Assembly (NCBI GenBank): GCA_041753135.1
Contig: JBGSVD010000003.1
Span: 11,840 to 75,839 of the forward strand
DNA: 64,000 bases
Origin: Planctomycetaceae bacterium
GTDB lineage: Bacteria; Planctomycetota; Planctomycetia; Planctomycetales; Planctomycetaceae
Direction: 5' to 3'
Below are positions 51,042-61,146 of the stretch, one piece after another. The position numbers and the translations under genes were made by a program. The first letter of the stretch is position 1. Each line of letters begins with the position of its first letter. The notes below the pieces were generated by a model. That model saw nothing but the letters and a program-made list of their open reading frames with translations, had not been told where the DNA came from and did not search any database.

Positions 51042-51662
51042 GTGGCCAAGCTCTATTTTTATTACTCGGCGATGAATGCCGGCAAATCGACAACCTTGCT
51101 GCAGGCTGCGTACAACTATCAGGAACGCGGAATGCGGCCGATGCTGCTGACACCACAACTCAATGTTCGCGACGGAATCGGCGTCATCGCATCTCGAATC
51201 GGCCTCAAGGCGGCCGCGCATGGGTTCTCGCAGGTTGATTCGTTGATTGAGATTGTTCGGAGTGAACATTTCGAATCACCGCTCGCATGCGTTTTTGTTG
51301 ACGAAGCGCAGTTTCTGACTCGTAGACAGGTGTTCGAGCTTGGCGAAATCGCTGACGACGAAGGCATTCCGGTTCTGGCCTATGGATTGCGCACTGACTT
51401 TCAGGGCAATTTGTTTGAGGGCAGCCAATATCTTCTGGCGTGGGCGGATGTGCTGTCTGAGATAAAGACGGTGTGTCATTGCGGTCGTAAAGCGACCATG
51501 GTCCTGCGAATTGATGGCGATGGTAAGCCGCTGAGGTCAGGTGAGCAGATCAAAGTTGGCGGCAACGAAAGCTACGTGTCCGTTTGTCGTCGACACTTCA
51601 AACAGGGAATTGCAGAACGATCATCGCCGACACTGCCATTTGATGAGACAGACACTTTGTAG
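51042..51662 (+). CDS. tdk: thymidine kinase
   Basis: [29 protein letters not shown]...CRRH zinc motif. GTG start. Confidence 0.9.
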   Translation: MAKLYFYYSAMNAGKSTTLLQAAYNYQERGMRPMLLTPQLNVRDGIGVIASRIGLKAAAHGFSQVDSLIEIVRSEHFESPLACVFVDEAQFLTRRQVFELGEIADDEGIPVLAYGLRTDFQGNLFEGSQYLLAWADVLSEIKTVCHCGRKATMVLRIDGDGKPLRSGEQIKVGGNESYVSVCRRHFKQGIAERSSPTLPFDETDTL

Positions 51663-51897
51663 TGTCCCGACTGTAAGGTCCCGATGGCAGCAGGCCAGAC
51701 CCGAGCTCAGCGAGTTCCAGCAATGTCGCAAGATGCCGGAACTCACGCTGTGTGGTCCAGCCCGACCAATGGTTATCTATCATTCCACAGATAACAACGC
51801 ACGTGTCATCACGCAGCCAGATTCCTGTAACACCGCGCATCTTCCATCAAGCATCAACGCTGCAAGGATTTGCAGCAACTCGGAGCATTAAACGAAA

Positions 51898-52461
51898 CTA
51901 CGGCACGAATTCGCCTGGCATTACGATGGCGTCAGTGCGGACTCCTTTGCGTTCAAGAGCAGTCTTCAATTGAAACTCCGCAGAAGCTCGGGAACTCTCT
52001 CGTCGCAGAATTCGAACTTTGATACCGTTGGTGTCTCCCCGTGCCAGAAGTGCAAGTTCAACAACTCGGTCCAGTGTCGAAGGCCGAAAAATAGATTCTG
52101 AGGTTCCTGGCAACTCAATCAGATAATCGTGTTCATCGATCAGCACACTGAAGACGTCACCGGAAAGTGCCTTTTCTTCATCATCTGTCAGCCCGCCTTC
52201 AACACTGTCTGGAGCAGCAATTGCCTGGCTTGCTTTGGATGTTGCAGCGTCTGGAGAAGTCGATGGACTTCCGGAGGTAATCATCGGCGTTCCGGTGGCT
52301 CCCGTACCAGACCCGGACTCGCCAGTCCCTCCGGAACCAAAGCCGCGAAACAGCATGAACAGGGCGAATCCAATCAGCAAGGCTCCGCCGCCCACACCTG
52401 CTCGTGAAGTGCCTCGCGCGACTCGCACCGGAAGGCTTTTTTCGTGCTGATCTCGGGCCAT
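51898..52461 (-). CDS. membrane-anchored protein with a Gly/Ser/Thr/Pro linker and an ExbD/TolR-like C-terminal domain (no TM Asp)
   Basis: TM GGGALLIGFALFMLF. The C-terminus VLIDEHDYLIEL...IKVRILRRESSRASAEFQLKTALERKGV resembles the ExbD periplasmic fold. Confidence 0.55.
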   Translation of the reverse strand: MARDQHEKSLPVRVARGTSRAGVGGGALLIGFALFMLFRGFGSGGTGESGSGTGATGTPMITSGSPSTSPDAATSKASQAIAAPDSVEGGLTDDEEKALSGDVFSVLIDEHDYLIELPGTSESIFRPSTLDRVVELALLARGDTNGIKVRILRRESSRASAEFQLKTALERKGVRTDAIVMPGEFVP

Positions 52462-52603
52462 GTAGTACCTCGGAATTTAGAGAACCAATAATTTCGCCAG
52501 AAGCACACACGGTGCGTGCATCTTGCAGAGGCCAACAGCAAATGGACCACTGCAATCATTCAGCGTCAGGTTTTATCACCTGACACTCTCACGCCAAAAC
52601 TCT

Positions 52604-53395
52604 TCACTGTCGTTCGTTTTCACCGAAAATGGGTCCCTCAGCACGAAAGCCGATGACTGAGAAATCATACCATGTGGTTCCGGCGGCGTCTTTACGAAGT
52701 TGCTCGGTCAGTCGCGGCATCCCATCGGAGGCTCGTTGCCTCGCCCCTCCCTGAGCGTCTCCCCAGGTTAATAGCAGAATAACGAGCGTGCGAGAATCAG
52801 CAAATGATTTGCTTGCCTCGAAGAGTCGACTCGAAAACTCGAACTCAGATCCGAAGTCTGCAGCAAATGACTGCTCACCGTCTGAGATCTGAGCCTTTCC
52901 ATTGTCCAGCACGTGTACTTCCCAGACGCTGACGTGCTTCTGCATTTCATCCACTTTGATCAGAAATTTAAACACCTCGTCGCCGCGTGCCTTCATCAAA
53001 CCCTGAAGTCGAGTGGTCGCTTCAGTCAATCGTTCTGCGTCTTCGGGAGAGCCAGCCGTCCGGAGCTTCAGGATTTCCGTCATGGTCACACCTGGCAAAT
53101 TCAGGGATTCTGCCAGCAGTGAACCGACTTGATGATGTTGGTCGATGATACTGCGAAAACGCTCGTCGTAGAGTTCTCGCAATTCGGCAACAGCTTTTCG
53201 CTGTTCTGAGTATTCCTGCTCCAGAGCGTCACGCCGTTCGGTGAATTCTCTTTCCATGGCGGCCTGTTGCACGGCGATCGTGTCCTCCGCGGCAACTTTT
53301 CTGTGACGATTCTCAATATACTGTGAGAACATCACGATCAACAGCAGGTCCAACAGCGGCGTTAACTGCAGTGCGAGGCGTCGGCGGCTCAACAT
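52604..53395 (-). CDS. ExbD/TolR-like TM protein with a long coiled coil
   Basis: LQLTPLLDLLLIVMFSQY contains the conserved TM Asp. It is followed by about 90 aa of E/R/Q-rich heptad-like sequence. The start overlaps the upstream stop (TAATG). Confidence 0.6.
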   Translation of the reverse strand: MLSRRRLALQLTPLLDLLLIVMFSQYIENRHRKVAAEDTIAVQQAAMEREFTERRDALEQEYSEQRKAVAELRELYDERFRSIIDQHHQVGSLLAESLNLPGVTMTEILKLRTAGSPEDAERLTEATTRLQGLMKARGDEVFKFLIKVDEMQKHVSVWEVHVLDNGKAQISDGEQSFAADFGSEFEFSSRLFEASKSFADSRTLVILLLTWGDAQGGARQRASDGMPRLTEQLRKDAAGTTWYDFSVIGFRAEGPIFGENERQ

Positions 53396-54084
53396 TAAGC
53401 CGTCTCCCTGGATTTCTGAGCCGCTAGTCCCAATTCACGCTTTGCCCTGGCAACCATGTCACGAACATGCGTCCGACTATCGGTGAGTCGATTGAAGCGA
53501 ATTTCAAGGACACTATTTACGAACATCAAAAGGATCGCTGCAAACAAACCTGTAAACGTCGACCAAATCGAATCTCCGAATCGCTCCATCACGACGTTGA
53601 CCGTGGACGCTGTTGTTGACGCAGCATCGGCCTGCAACGCGGAACCAATCGCCAGCACTGTTCCCAGAACACCTCCCAACGGATAGGCTTCTATCATCGT
53701 CCTGGCGGAGTTCGCAGCTGTTTCGAAGGAGATCGATTCCAGATAACGCCGTTTCTCATCGAGGATGTGCATCCGTCGAAGGCACTCAGCCCGATCTTCC
53801 GTACGACTTGCGTCAGTGATAACATCGTTCACGTCCTGAACGAAAGCATCAATCTGTGTTGTCAAAGAAACAGACCGACCAAGAACGCTTCGGTATTTCA
53901 GCCCGCGAGTGTAGTCATCCAGCGTCCCTGCAATCATGCGCAGGTCTCTTGCGTACCATTGACGCAGGATCACGAAATAAAACAAATGCAAAATCGCGCA
54001 TCCGGCGATTACTGGAGTGGATAGACTCGAAAGAAACTGCAGCCATTCGCCAATGTTGCCGGACTGAGGGATCTTAAATGGCAT
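53395..54084 (-). CDS. MotA/TolQ/ExbB-family proton-channel protein
   Basis: Three TM helices, AYPLGGVLGTVLAIGSAL (compare the PLLGLLGTV signature), and STFTGLFAAILLMFVNSVL. Confidence 0.75.
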   Translation of the reverse strand: MPFKIPQSGNIGEWLQFLSSLSTPVIAGCAILHLFYFVILRQWYARDLRMIAGTLDDYTRGLKYRSVLGRSVSLTTQIDAFVQDVNDVITDASRTEDRAECLRRMHILDEKRRYLESISFETAANSARTMIEAYPLGGVLGTVLAIGSALQADAASTTASTVNVVMERFGDSIWSTFTGLFAAILLMFVNSVLEIRFNRLTDSRTHVRDMVARAKRELGLAAQKSRETA

Positions 54085-54626
54085 TTTGGGGGAGCTCAGT
54101 TGAAGTCGTGATGAACCAGAAACTCGCGCAATGAGAGCACTGGAGACACATTCGTCGGTGCCTCGTCAGGATAATCCCTGGCAGGGTATGTCGAACACCG
54201 CAAAAATGTCCAGATCCAACGCCGTTGTTCGGGGCCGAGTTCAGTAGTTTAGGCTGGAATTTCCATCTCGATGATAATTTTGCCCAGTGTGTCCGATTGT
54301 GCTGATCGAAATGATGACTGCAATTGACGAACAGTCTGCCCACTCTTTCCGGCAATTGTCCCTGATTGCCATGAATAGGCAGGTGTCTGAGGGGGGCTTG
54401 GCGAAAACAGCCCAGCCGGGCGAAGTTCGTGATTGCATTGACCGAATTGTAATGCCTGCAACGATTCCGTATCAGCACTATCCCGAATTGGAGGTTCCAT
54501 CTGTACCGGATGCAACTCATGGCGCAAAACTGCGTTAATGAACGAAATCCCGACCTGTGACAGCACCCGCAGATCCACTGAATTTCTGCGACTCCACCGC
54601 CGATCCTGTTCGTGAAGGAGGATTTT

Positions 54627-54815
54627 ATGCTTGTACTTTCACGTCAGAGTGACGAAACGATAATCATCGGTGACAACATTCGTGTCACAATCGTCGAAGT
54701 TCGAGGCGACAAAGTTCGCATCGGAATTGATGCCCCTCGCGATGTCACTGTTCATCGCCAGGAGATTTATGACGCCATCAGGCGGGAAGCAGAACCGGGC
54801 GCACGCCCTGTTTGA
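54627..54815 (+). CDS. csrA: carbon storage regulator CsrA
   Basis: MLVLSRQSDETIIIGDNIRVTIVEVRGDKVRIGIDAPRDVTVHRQEIY, and GAAGGAGG upstream. Confidence 0.9.
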   Translation: MLVLSRQSDETIIIGDNIRVTIVEVRGDKVRIGIDAPRDVTVHRQEIYDAIRREAEPGARPV

Positions 54816-54871
54816 GACGAAAAAACGTGCCCCTCACCGTACTTCAAATGGTACGGAAACAATAAAGTAAT

Positions 54872-54912
54872 GCAGCCTTCGGAAACTTGTATTCCGAAGG
54901 CTGCTTGCTTTT
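54872..54912 (+). terminator. Rho-independent terminator after csrA (possibly bidirectional)
   Basis: GCAGCCTTCGGAA-acttgta-TTCCGAAGGCTGC followed by TTGCTTTT. Confidence 0.75.
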
Positions 54913-54951
54913 CTGCACATTGGACTGTTCACAGGCAACCGCCAGCCGCAT

Positions 54952-55746
54952 TTACCAGATCTGCCACCACGGTTTTTTCCTGGTAGGCATCCTGATCGGA
55001 CGGGCTGCTCCGGAACCAGATTGAATCACCACATTCTCTGGCAACAGCACGCAACTGAGCTCGCCCTCGATTCCACCAGTCGTATCCGTGGCAATCAGCC
55101 CATTCGAGAAAAAGACTTCAGGTACGGGTACATGTCCAACCACAATTGTGACAGGCGAATCCCTGGGCGGACCTGTTGTGATGTAGTCCTTCGAATACAA
55201 CCACGGCGGGTGACTTAGAGTAAAGTCTCTTTCACGCAGGATACGGACCTGAGTATCGAACGGCATATTGGGGTCAAGGCCGGCATGCACAAACAAGTAG
55301 TCGCGATGCTCGATACTCCACGGCAAGTCTGACATCAGACGCCTGTGTTCTTCAGGAAGTGCTGCGCGAAGTCCGGCAATATCTCCGTGTTCGACACCAT
55401 AAGATTCGAACGTCGTATGAGAGTCGTAATGATTGACCCATCGCTTTTCAAATTCGACGTAGTCTGGTTTCTCAAACAATCCCAGGGAACCAGCCATGGC
55501 AAGTTCATGATTCCCGCACAGCCATGTGACCTTGCGATGCTCTTTTGCAAGCTCACAGTATAGGTTCACCGTACCGGCGGGATCAGGACCACGGTCGACA
55601 AGATCGCCGATGAACACAATCCAGCGATGATTGATATCGGGGAACCTGGAAAGCTGAGCAATGATTTGTTTCAGTTTGTCGGTTTGTCCGTGGACGTCAC
55701 CAATAACCGCAACTGGTCCGTCAATGCGTTGGGGAACCGAAGTCAT
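54952..55746 (-). CDS. metallophosphoesterase (PPP-family Ser/Thr phosphatase / ApaH-like)
   Basis: VIGDVHGQ, FIGDLVDRGPD, and CGNHE motifs. Confidence 0.85.
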   Translation of the reverse strand: MTSVPQRIDGPVAVIGDVHGQTDKLKQIIAQLSRFPDINHRWIVFIGDLVDRGPDPAGTVNLYCELAKEHRKVTWLCGNHELAMAGSLGLFEKPDYVEFEKRWVNHYDSHTTFESYGVEHGDIAGLRAALPEEHRRLMSDLPWSIEHRDYLFVHAGLDPNMPFDTQVRILRERDFTLSHPPWLYSKDYITTGPPRDSPVTIVVGHVPVPEVFFSNGLIATDTTGGIEGELSCVLLPENVVIQSGSGAARPIRMPTRKKPWWQIW

Positions 55747-55983
55747 GAGTTAATCATCTGGCTGAAAAAAGGCAGATCGCAAAGAGCGACCAGAAACAGG
55801 AGTTGCAGTATTCAGCGGATTTCGTTCCCACGGCAAAGTGACTACGACCAGGGTGACAAAATAGGCTGCATGTTCGCTGTTGGAGGTGCAATGGACTGCA
55901 TCGGGCAGGGAACTCTAAAAGTTATGCAGTTCCTTCGCAACAACCGTGCCCAATTTCGGGACAGGGATGCCAAGTCCTGGAAC

Positions 55984-56685
55984 CTACCTCGCATCATCCC
56001 GAGACTGCGCAGCATGCCATCGGGAGAGCCAGTCCTGCGGAATCCCAATATGACAAACTTCGACTAATCCCGTGTATTTTCGCGCCGGTTCATTCAGGAA
56101 GCCCACTTTACTCGCAACGAAAGTGACGGTGGTTTGGGCACAAATACTGACGCCACAAGGCAGACCCGAATCACAGTCCAGCCCTGATGGCACATCCACG
56201 GCCAAAATACTGGACTTCGACGCGTTGACCATCTCGATCATTTCAGAAAACGGTGAAGCAACATTTCCCCGAATTCCTGTGCCGAGCAGAGCGTCGACGA
56301 GAAGGTCTCGACTGGTGCGGGTTTCCAGAATGCGAACCATTTCTTCCGTCGTTGGCTCGGTCACCAACATGCCACAATTATTGAGGAATCGACGATTCTC
56401 AGCAGCATCCGCCGACAGTTGCTTCCCACCCGTGATCAGCAGAACGGTTGCCGCTATTCCCTGAGCAGCCAACAATCTGGCTACAGCGAGTCCATCCCCA
56501 CCGTTGTTTCCTGGTCCTGCCAGGATCGTAATTGAATTCCATGAGTTGTCTCGCATGATCACCTGGCAGACTCCGCGTGCCGCATTTTCCATCAATAACA
56601 GCGAGGGTAATCCCAGGGATGCCATCGCATCGCGATCGATCTGACGTACAAGAGCACAAGTCAATGCTGGCAGCATTTTAGTCAC
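55984..56685 (-). CDS. NAD(P)H-hydrate epimerase (YjeF N-terminal domain only)
   Basis: LMENAARG, ILAGPGNNGGDGLAVARLL, DALLGTG. Confidence 0.85.
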   Translation of the reverse strand: MTKMLPALTCALVRQIDRDAMASLGLPSLLLMENAARGVCQVIMRDNSWNSITILAGPGNNGGDGLAVARLLAAQGIAATVLLITGGKQLSADAAENRRFLNNCGMLVTEPTTEEMVRILETRTSRDLLVDALLGTGIRGNVASPFSEMIEMVNASKSSILAVDVPSGLDCDSGLPCGVSICAQTTVTFVASKVGFLNEPARKYTGLVEVCHIGIPQDWLSRWHAAQSRDDAR

Positions 56686-56848
56686 TTTCCCTCTACGATG
56701 GATTCTGAATCTTCACTTTGGACACACGATGCCTTGTGACAACGGCCCAATCTTCTTTCAGATACTGATGTGATTGAGTGTTCTATCGAACTTCCCTAAA
56801 CTCTGCATGCGTTGAATCGGATTCCTGTCCGACACTTGTCTGACTGCT

Positions 56849-57676
56849 TTGGCTGAGAACTTCTACGTGCTGGATTCCTATAACGATCGATGGGCATTGA
56901 TTACTGGGGCGTCGTCCGGAATCGGGGCGGAATTCGCTTCGCAACTCGCCGGGCGAGGAATGCACCTGATTCTGGTGGCCCGCCGAAAAGAAAAGATGAC
57001 GGAGCTTGCCACGGATCTGAACACTCGCCATGGCACACGTTGCCATATCGTGGCAGTTGATCTTGCGGAACCAGAATCCGGACGCCGCCTCATTGACGAA
57101 GTCAAACGGCTTGGAGTTCAGATTGAGCTTCTCGTCAACAACGCTGGAATCGGACTGATCGGCCAGATTGAGACAACAACGCCGGAGGAGGTTCGGAAGA
57201 TGCTCAATCTGAACCTGATGACCCTGACCGACATGACTTATCGCGTACTCCCTGGAATGTTAACGCGAGGCCATGGTGCGATTATCAATGTCTCATCACA
57301 GGCTGCCTTTCAGCCCGTAGCATTCATGGCAGCGTACGCGGCAAGCAAGTCCTACATCCTGCACTTCAGCGAAGCACTTTGGTCTGAATCAAGAAGTCGG
57401 GGAGTCACCGTCTTAGCATTGTGTCCTGGTGTGACTCGGACTGATTTCTTCGATCTTGCAGGTGTCCCCGGCTGGCTCGAGAAACATTCTTCACTCGCGC
57501 CTGGAAAAGTTGTCAAGACAGCACTTCGAGCAATGGAGAAGCGACGGCAATACGTCGTTCCGGGATGGAAGAATTATCTGGTGACAATTCTTGTGCGACT
57601 CACAACCCGTCGCACTGCGGTGAATGAATCGAAACGATACTTCCGACCGCCGAAACAAAAACGCACTGATGGTTAA
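56849..57676 (+). CDS. SDR-family oxidoreductase
   Basis: TGASSGIGAEFA, NNAGIG, YAASKSY. The start is uncertain (TTG 56849 or GTG 56867). Confidence 0.85.
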   Translation: MAENFYVLDSYNDRWALITGASSGIGAEFASQLAGRGMHLILVARRKEKMTELATDLNTRHGTRCHIVAVDLAEPESGRRLIDEVKRLGVQIELLVNNAGIGLIGQIETTTPEEVRKMLNLNLMTLTDMTYRVLPGMLTRGHGAIINVSSQAAFQPVAFMAAYAASKSYILHFSEALWSESRSRGVTVLALCPGVTRTDFFDLAGVPGWLEKHSSLAPGKVVKTALRAMEKRRQYVVPGWKNYLVTILVRLTTRRTAVNESKRYFRPPKQKRTDG

Positions 57677-57773
57677 CAGCTTTTGACTACCGTGCACGCT
57701 GATTTCCGAAGCCGTCATTATGAGCAAGAACGCAAATGACGCTGCATCCCGAAAGGCGTTCCTCTCCGAAATG

Positions 57774-58796
57774 TCACGCTCGATCGGCGGCAAATGCCAT
57801 GACTTCGGAAATTGTCCGTGAGTTCGTCGCAACCATGACCAGTCGATCAAACCCGAGTGCGACACCAGAGCATTCTGGCAGACCTGATTTCATTGCTTCC
57901 ATCATCCTCGATGCCCCAGGCAAAGAATCATAATGGCTGTCAACACGGACCGAATTCTGAATCCGTTCTCGTCGTTGCAGTTCCTCAACGTCAGTGAGCT
58001 CCTGATAGCCATTACAGAGTTCAAGACCGTTGATGTACAGCTCAAATCGTCGAGCAACTTGCGGAGTGTCGGTCGAAGTGACAGCCAACGCGGCCTGAGA
58101 CGGCGGATAATCGCAGAGAAATTCGGGAGAAGACTGCAGACTGGTTCGGCATTGCCCCAAACGAGGCTCAATGGCAAAGGCCAGCATTGCATTCAGAATT
58201 TCGTCCCTTTGTGCGGCATCGCAACTTTCCGGGACGGGAACGCCAGACTGCCTGGCCACCGCCAACAGTTCATCTCCGCTGGCAGTATGGACGTCTATTG
58301 AAAATGCATCATGGAAGGCTCCGGCATAGGTCGTACAGGCAAAAGGCGTCGCCCACGTTTGGCCAGGATTTATCCCCGTGATCTGCGCTGCAGCATCAAG
58401 GCATGTTCGTACAAGCGATTCCGTGAGCAGCAATTGCTCGTTCCACGTCGAGCCGACGCCATACCATTCGAGCATGGTGAATTCGGGATTGTGCCTGTCC
58501 CCCATTTCACCCTTGCGAAACACACGGCTCACTTGAAAAATCGAATTCGCCCCAGCGGCAAGAAGCCGCTTCATTCCGGCTTCCGGCGATGTCTGCAGAA
58601 ACCAGCGTTGCTCTGAATGAGTGAACTCAAAAGGTTCCAGCCACGCATCAATCACAATGTCGCGCGAGAGGCATGGAGTTTCCACCTCAAGAAAGTTGTG
58701 GCTGTAAAAAAACTGCCGGGCCGCTCGCAACATCGCGGCTCGGATCTGCAACATCGTCAGCGTACAGGAAGGACGCCATTCGTTGGGATCGTTCAT
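57774..58796 (-). CDS. epmA: EF-P--(R)-beta-lysine ligase EpmA (GenX/PoxA-type truncated class II LysRS)
   Basis: FLEVETPCLS, SPEAGMKRLLAAG, HNPEFTMLEWY, RFELYINGLELCNGYQELTD, PECSGVALGFDRLVM. Confidence 0.85.
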   Translation of the reverse strand: MNDPNEWRPSCTLTMLQIRAAMLRAARQFFYSHNFLEVETPCLSRDIVIDAWLEPFEFTHSEQRWFLQTSPEAGMKRLLAAGANSIFQVSRVFRKGEMGDRHNPEFTMLEWYGVGSTWNEQLLLTESLVRTCLDAAAQITGINPGQTWATPFACTTYAGAFHDAFSIDVHTASGDELLAVARQSGVPVPESCDAAQRDEILNAMLAFAIEPRLGQCRTSLQSSPEFLCDYPPSQAALAVTSTDTPQVARRFELYINGLELCNGYQELTDVEELQRRERIQNSVRVDSHYDSLPGASRMMEAMKSGLPECSGVALGFDRLVMVATNSRTISEVMAFAADRA

Positions 58797-60112
58797 CCGA
58801 TCGACACTTTTGACGCCGCAGAAGTCATGGGGGCTAATTGCATGACAGACTTGACCGCGACCCCAAGCCGTCGGATTCCTTCACGGATTCCTTCGACCGA
58901 CTGTACTCCAAAGCTGAGTCGCATTTCACATCGGGGTCGTTCTGGCCAATCCATTGGATAGCTGAGTTCACCGGGAACATACATGACTTTGTCGACCTGA
59001 GTCGCCCGGCGAAACAGTTCACTATCAAAGCCAGTTTGGATATGGTCGGGTAATTTCATCCAGACATACATCCCGCCGGATGGGTGTACCCAGGAGACAC
59101 CAGGAACGTCACCAAATTCCTGCTCAGCCGCAGCGAGCATAGCGTTTCGTTTTTCGCGATAGCTGTTTCGCACCAGCTCGACATGTTGGCGATAGACACC
59201 ATTCTTCAGAACCCGCGCCAATACATGCTGATTCAAGTGCGCAGAACCGAAGTCTTCATTTCCCTTCAGATCGGTCACAGCTTTAACCAATTGCTGCGGC
59301 AACACACCAAAGCCAACGCGAATGCCGGGCGAAAAACTCTTTGAAAAGGTCTGTGCGAGAATCACAGTTTCACGCGTCTTGTCGAACGACCAGATGCTGG
59401 GAGCTGGATCGCCATCAAATCGAAGTTCGCGGTAGGCCGCATCTTCCAGCAGGAGAATTCTGTTGGCCTTAGAATACCGCTGCGTGATTTCGAGCAACGC
59501 CGGACGACGCTCGACCGACACACTGATTCCGGACGGATTCTCGAAGTAGCTGACGACATAAACGAGTCGCACTCGGTCCAATTCTCCCGCAGCATCGATT
59601 TTCTTCAGTGCAGCTTCGAGTGCATCCGGGCACATCCCATTGTCGTCAGTTTTGATCGGGATAATGCGAGCCCCCGCCGCCTGCAGAACTCCCATAAACA
59701 CAAAATACGTCGGCGCCGCCACCAGACAGATGTCTCCTGGATTAAACAGAGCCTGGGTCACCAGCGAGAGCAATTGCTGCGAACCCGTTGTCAGTACCAA
59801 TTGGGAAAGTGGAAGATCTTTAAGCTCATCATCACGATCTTCGAGCTCCGCCAGGTATTTTCGAAAGACTCGCCGAAGCGGTTCCGGACCGGCTGTAATT
59901 CCGTACTGCAGAATTTTCCGACCCGCGCTGGCGTCCGCCAGAAGTTCGTTGACAGTTTCGCGAGTGGCTTCGACAGGCAGCGATTTTTCATCGACAAGTC
60001 CTGCTGCAAGTGAAATGCAATCCGCATTCTCAACCGCCTGCTGCATCAAAAAACCGATCGCCTGATCGGCGGAACGATGAGCATGATCACTGATTCGAAG
60101 CACGGGTGGCAT
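58793..60112 (-). CDS. PLP-dependent aminotransferase, class I/II
   Basis: LTTGSQQ, ENPSG, and TFSKSFSPGIRVG (PLP-Lys). The TGA overlaps the epmA ATG. Confidence 0.85.
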   Translation of the reverse strand: MPPVLRISDHAHRSADQAIGFLMQQAVENADCISLAAGLVDEKSLPVEATRETVNELLADASAGRKILQYGITAGPEPLRRVFRKYLAELEDRDDELKDLPLSQLVLTTGSQQLLSLVTQALFNPGDICLVAAPTYFVFMGVLQAAGARIIPIKTDDNGMCPDALEAALKKIDAAGELDRVRLVYVVSYFENPSGISVSVERRPALLEITQRYSKANRILLLEDAAYRELRFDGDPAPSIWSFDKTRETVILAQTFSKSFSPGIRVGFGVLPQQLVKAVTDLKGNEDFGSAHLNQHVLARVLKNGVYRQHVELVRNSYREKRNAMLAAAEQEFGDVPGVSWVHPSGGMYVWMKLPDHIQTGFDSELFRRATQVDKVMYVPGELSYPMDWPERPRCEMRLSFGVQSVEGIREGIRRLGVAVKSVMQLAPMTSAASKVSIG

Positions 60113-60243
60113 GAACGATTCTTTCAAGGAGTTTGCTGGCTCGGCTGACCTGTGACAACAGTATAGCAACATCGCTGGCGTGCCGCTGACACTTGCCAAA
60201 TCAATGTGGTTCACCAACTATGTTTCTGTCCAATATGTGAGAA

Positions 60244-61146
60244 TCATCTGCCATCAGGATGACGTGGATTGTACAGCAATGGAAAAAACTGACCCTCCAG
60301 TTTTGAGCCAGGTGGTACGACGGGAACTCCATCCAGCAGTGGCTTGTCAGAATCGCTCTGAACGCCATCCAGGACAGAATTAATCACGATGGCCCGGCGC
60401 GGATTTGGCGTGCGATTTTCAAACGAACCGTGAATAGTCAACGGGTGATGAAAGACGCATTCGCCCGCCTTGAGTTCGATCGGGACATGCTTCTGGAATT
60501 GACGCCATTGATCTTCTGACAAAACTCCCTCAATAGCATTCATATCACCCGCAAGTCCGGTGATTGGAAGCAGATTCCATTTATGACTGCCAGGGACGTA
60601 GTGGACGCATCCGTTTTCGATCGTGCTGTCATCCAGTCCGATCCAGCACGTCAGATGAGCCAGCGGCTTTGTGCGAGTCCAGTAAGAATAGTCCTGATGC
60701 CATGCAACGACCCCACCATGCTCTGCGGGTTTGCAGAACAACTGATCATGCCAGAATCTGACCGCTCCGCCCAACAGTTGAGACGCCGCCGTTGTAAACG
60801 GAGCATTCCAGAGTATGTCGTGCATTCCTGTCGAAATTCGCCATGCACCCAATGCGTGAAAGAGCGTCTTGCTCGGGTCTCGTGACTCATTCGAATTGTA
60901 TTCATACCAGAATTCTGAACCTGGATGACCGGGGGACGACAGGATCGCCAGCTCGGCACGCAAGTGGTCGATTTGTGTTTGATTCAAAATTCGAGGCCCA
61001 ACGACGTAACCATTTTCGTTGAAAAACGCCAACTGGTTTTCCGTGAGCTTCCATTGTTGCCGACGTTCAGGAGTCGCTTCGCATTCGAACAGATCACTGA
61101 TCGGACCATGTTTCAGAGACAGATCTTTAGCGGCACCAGGATGCAT
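60244..61146 (-). CDS. phytanoyl-CoA dioxygenase (PhyH) family Fe(II)/2-oxoglutarate oxygenase
   Basis: [17 protein letters not shown] (HxD), [19 protein letters not shown]. Confidence 0.85.
   Translation of the reverse strand: MHPGAAKDLSLKHGPISDLFECEATPERRQQWKLTENQLAFFNENGYVVGPRILNQTQIDHLRAELAILSSPGHPGSEFWYEYNSNESRDPSKTLFHALGAWRISTGMHDILWNAPFTTAASQLLGGAVRFWHDQLFCKPAEHGGVVAWHQDYSYWTRTKPLAHLTCWIGLDDSTIENGCVHYVPGSHKWNLLPITGLAGDMNAIEGVLSEDQWRQFQKHVPIELKAGECVFHHPLTIHGSFENRTPNPRRAIVINSVLDGVQSDSDKPLLDGVPVVPPGSKLEGQFFPLLYNPRHPDGR

Noticed and set aside
54287-54538. 83 aa ORF in the csrA upstream region
   Set aside because: It has no RBS, no recognisable family, and an overlapping antisense ORF of similar length. 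I treat it as non-coding pending expression data.
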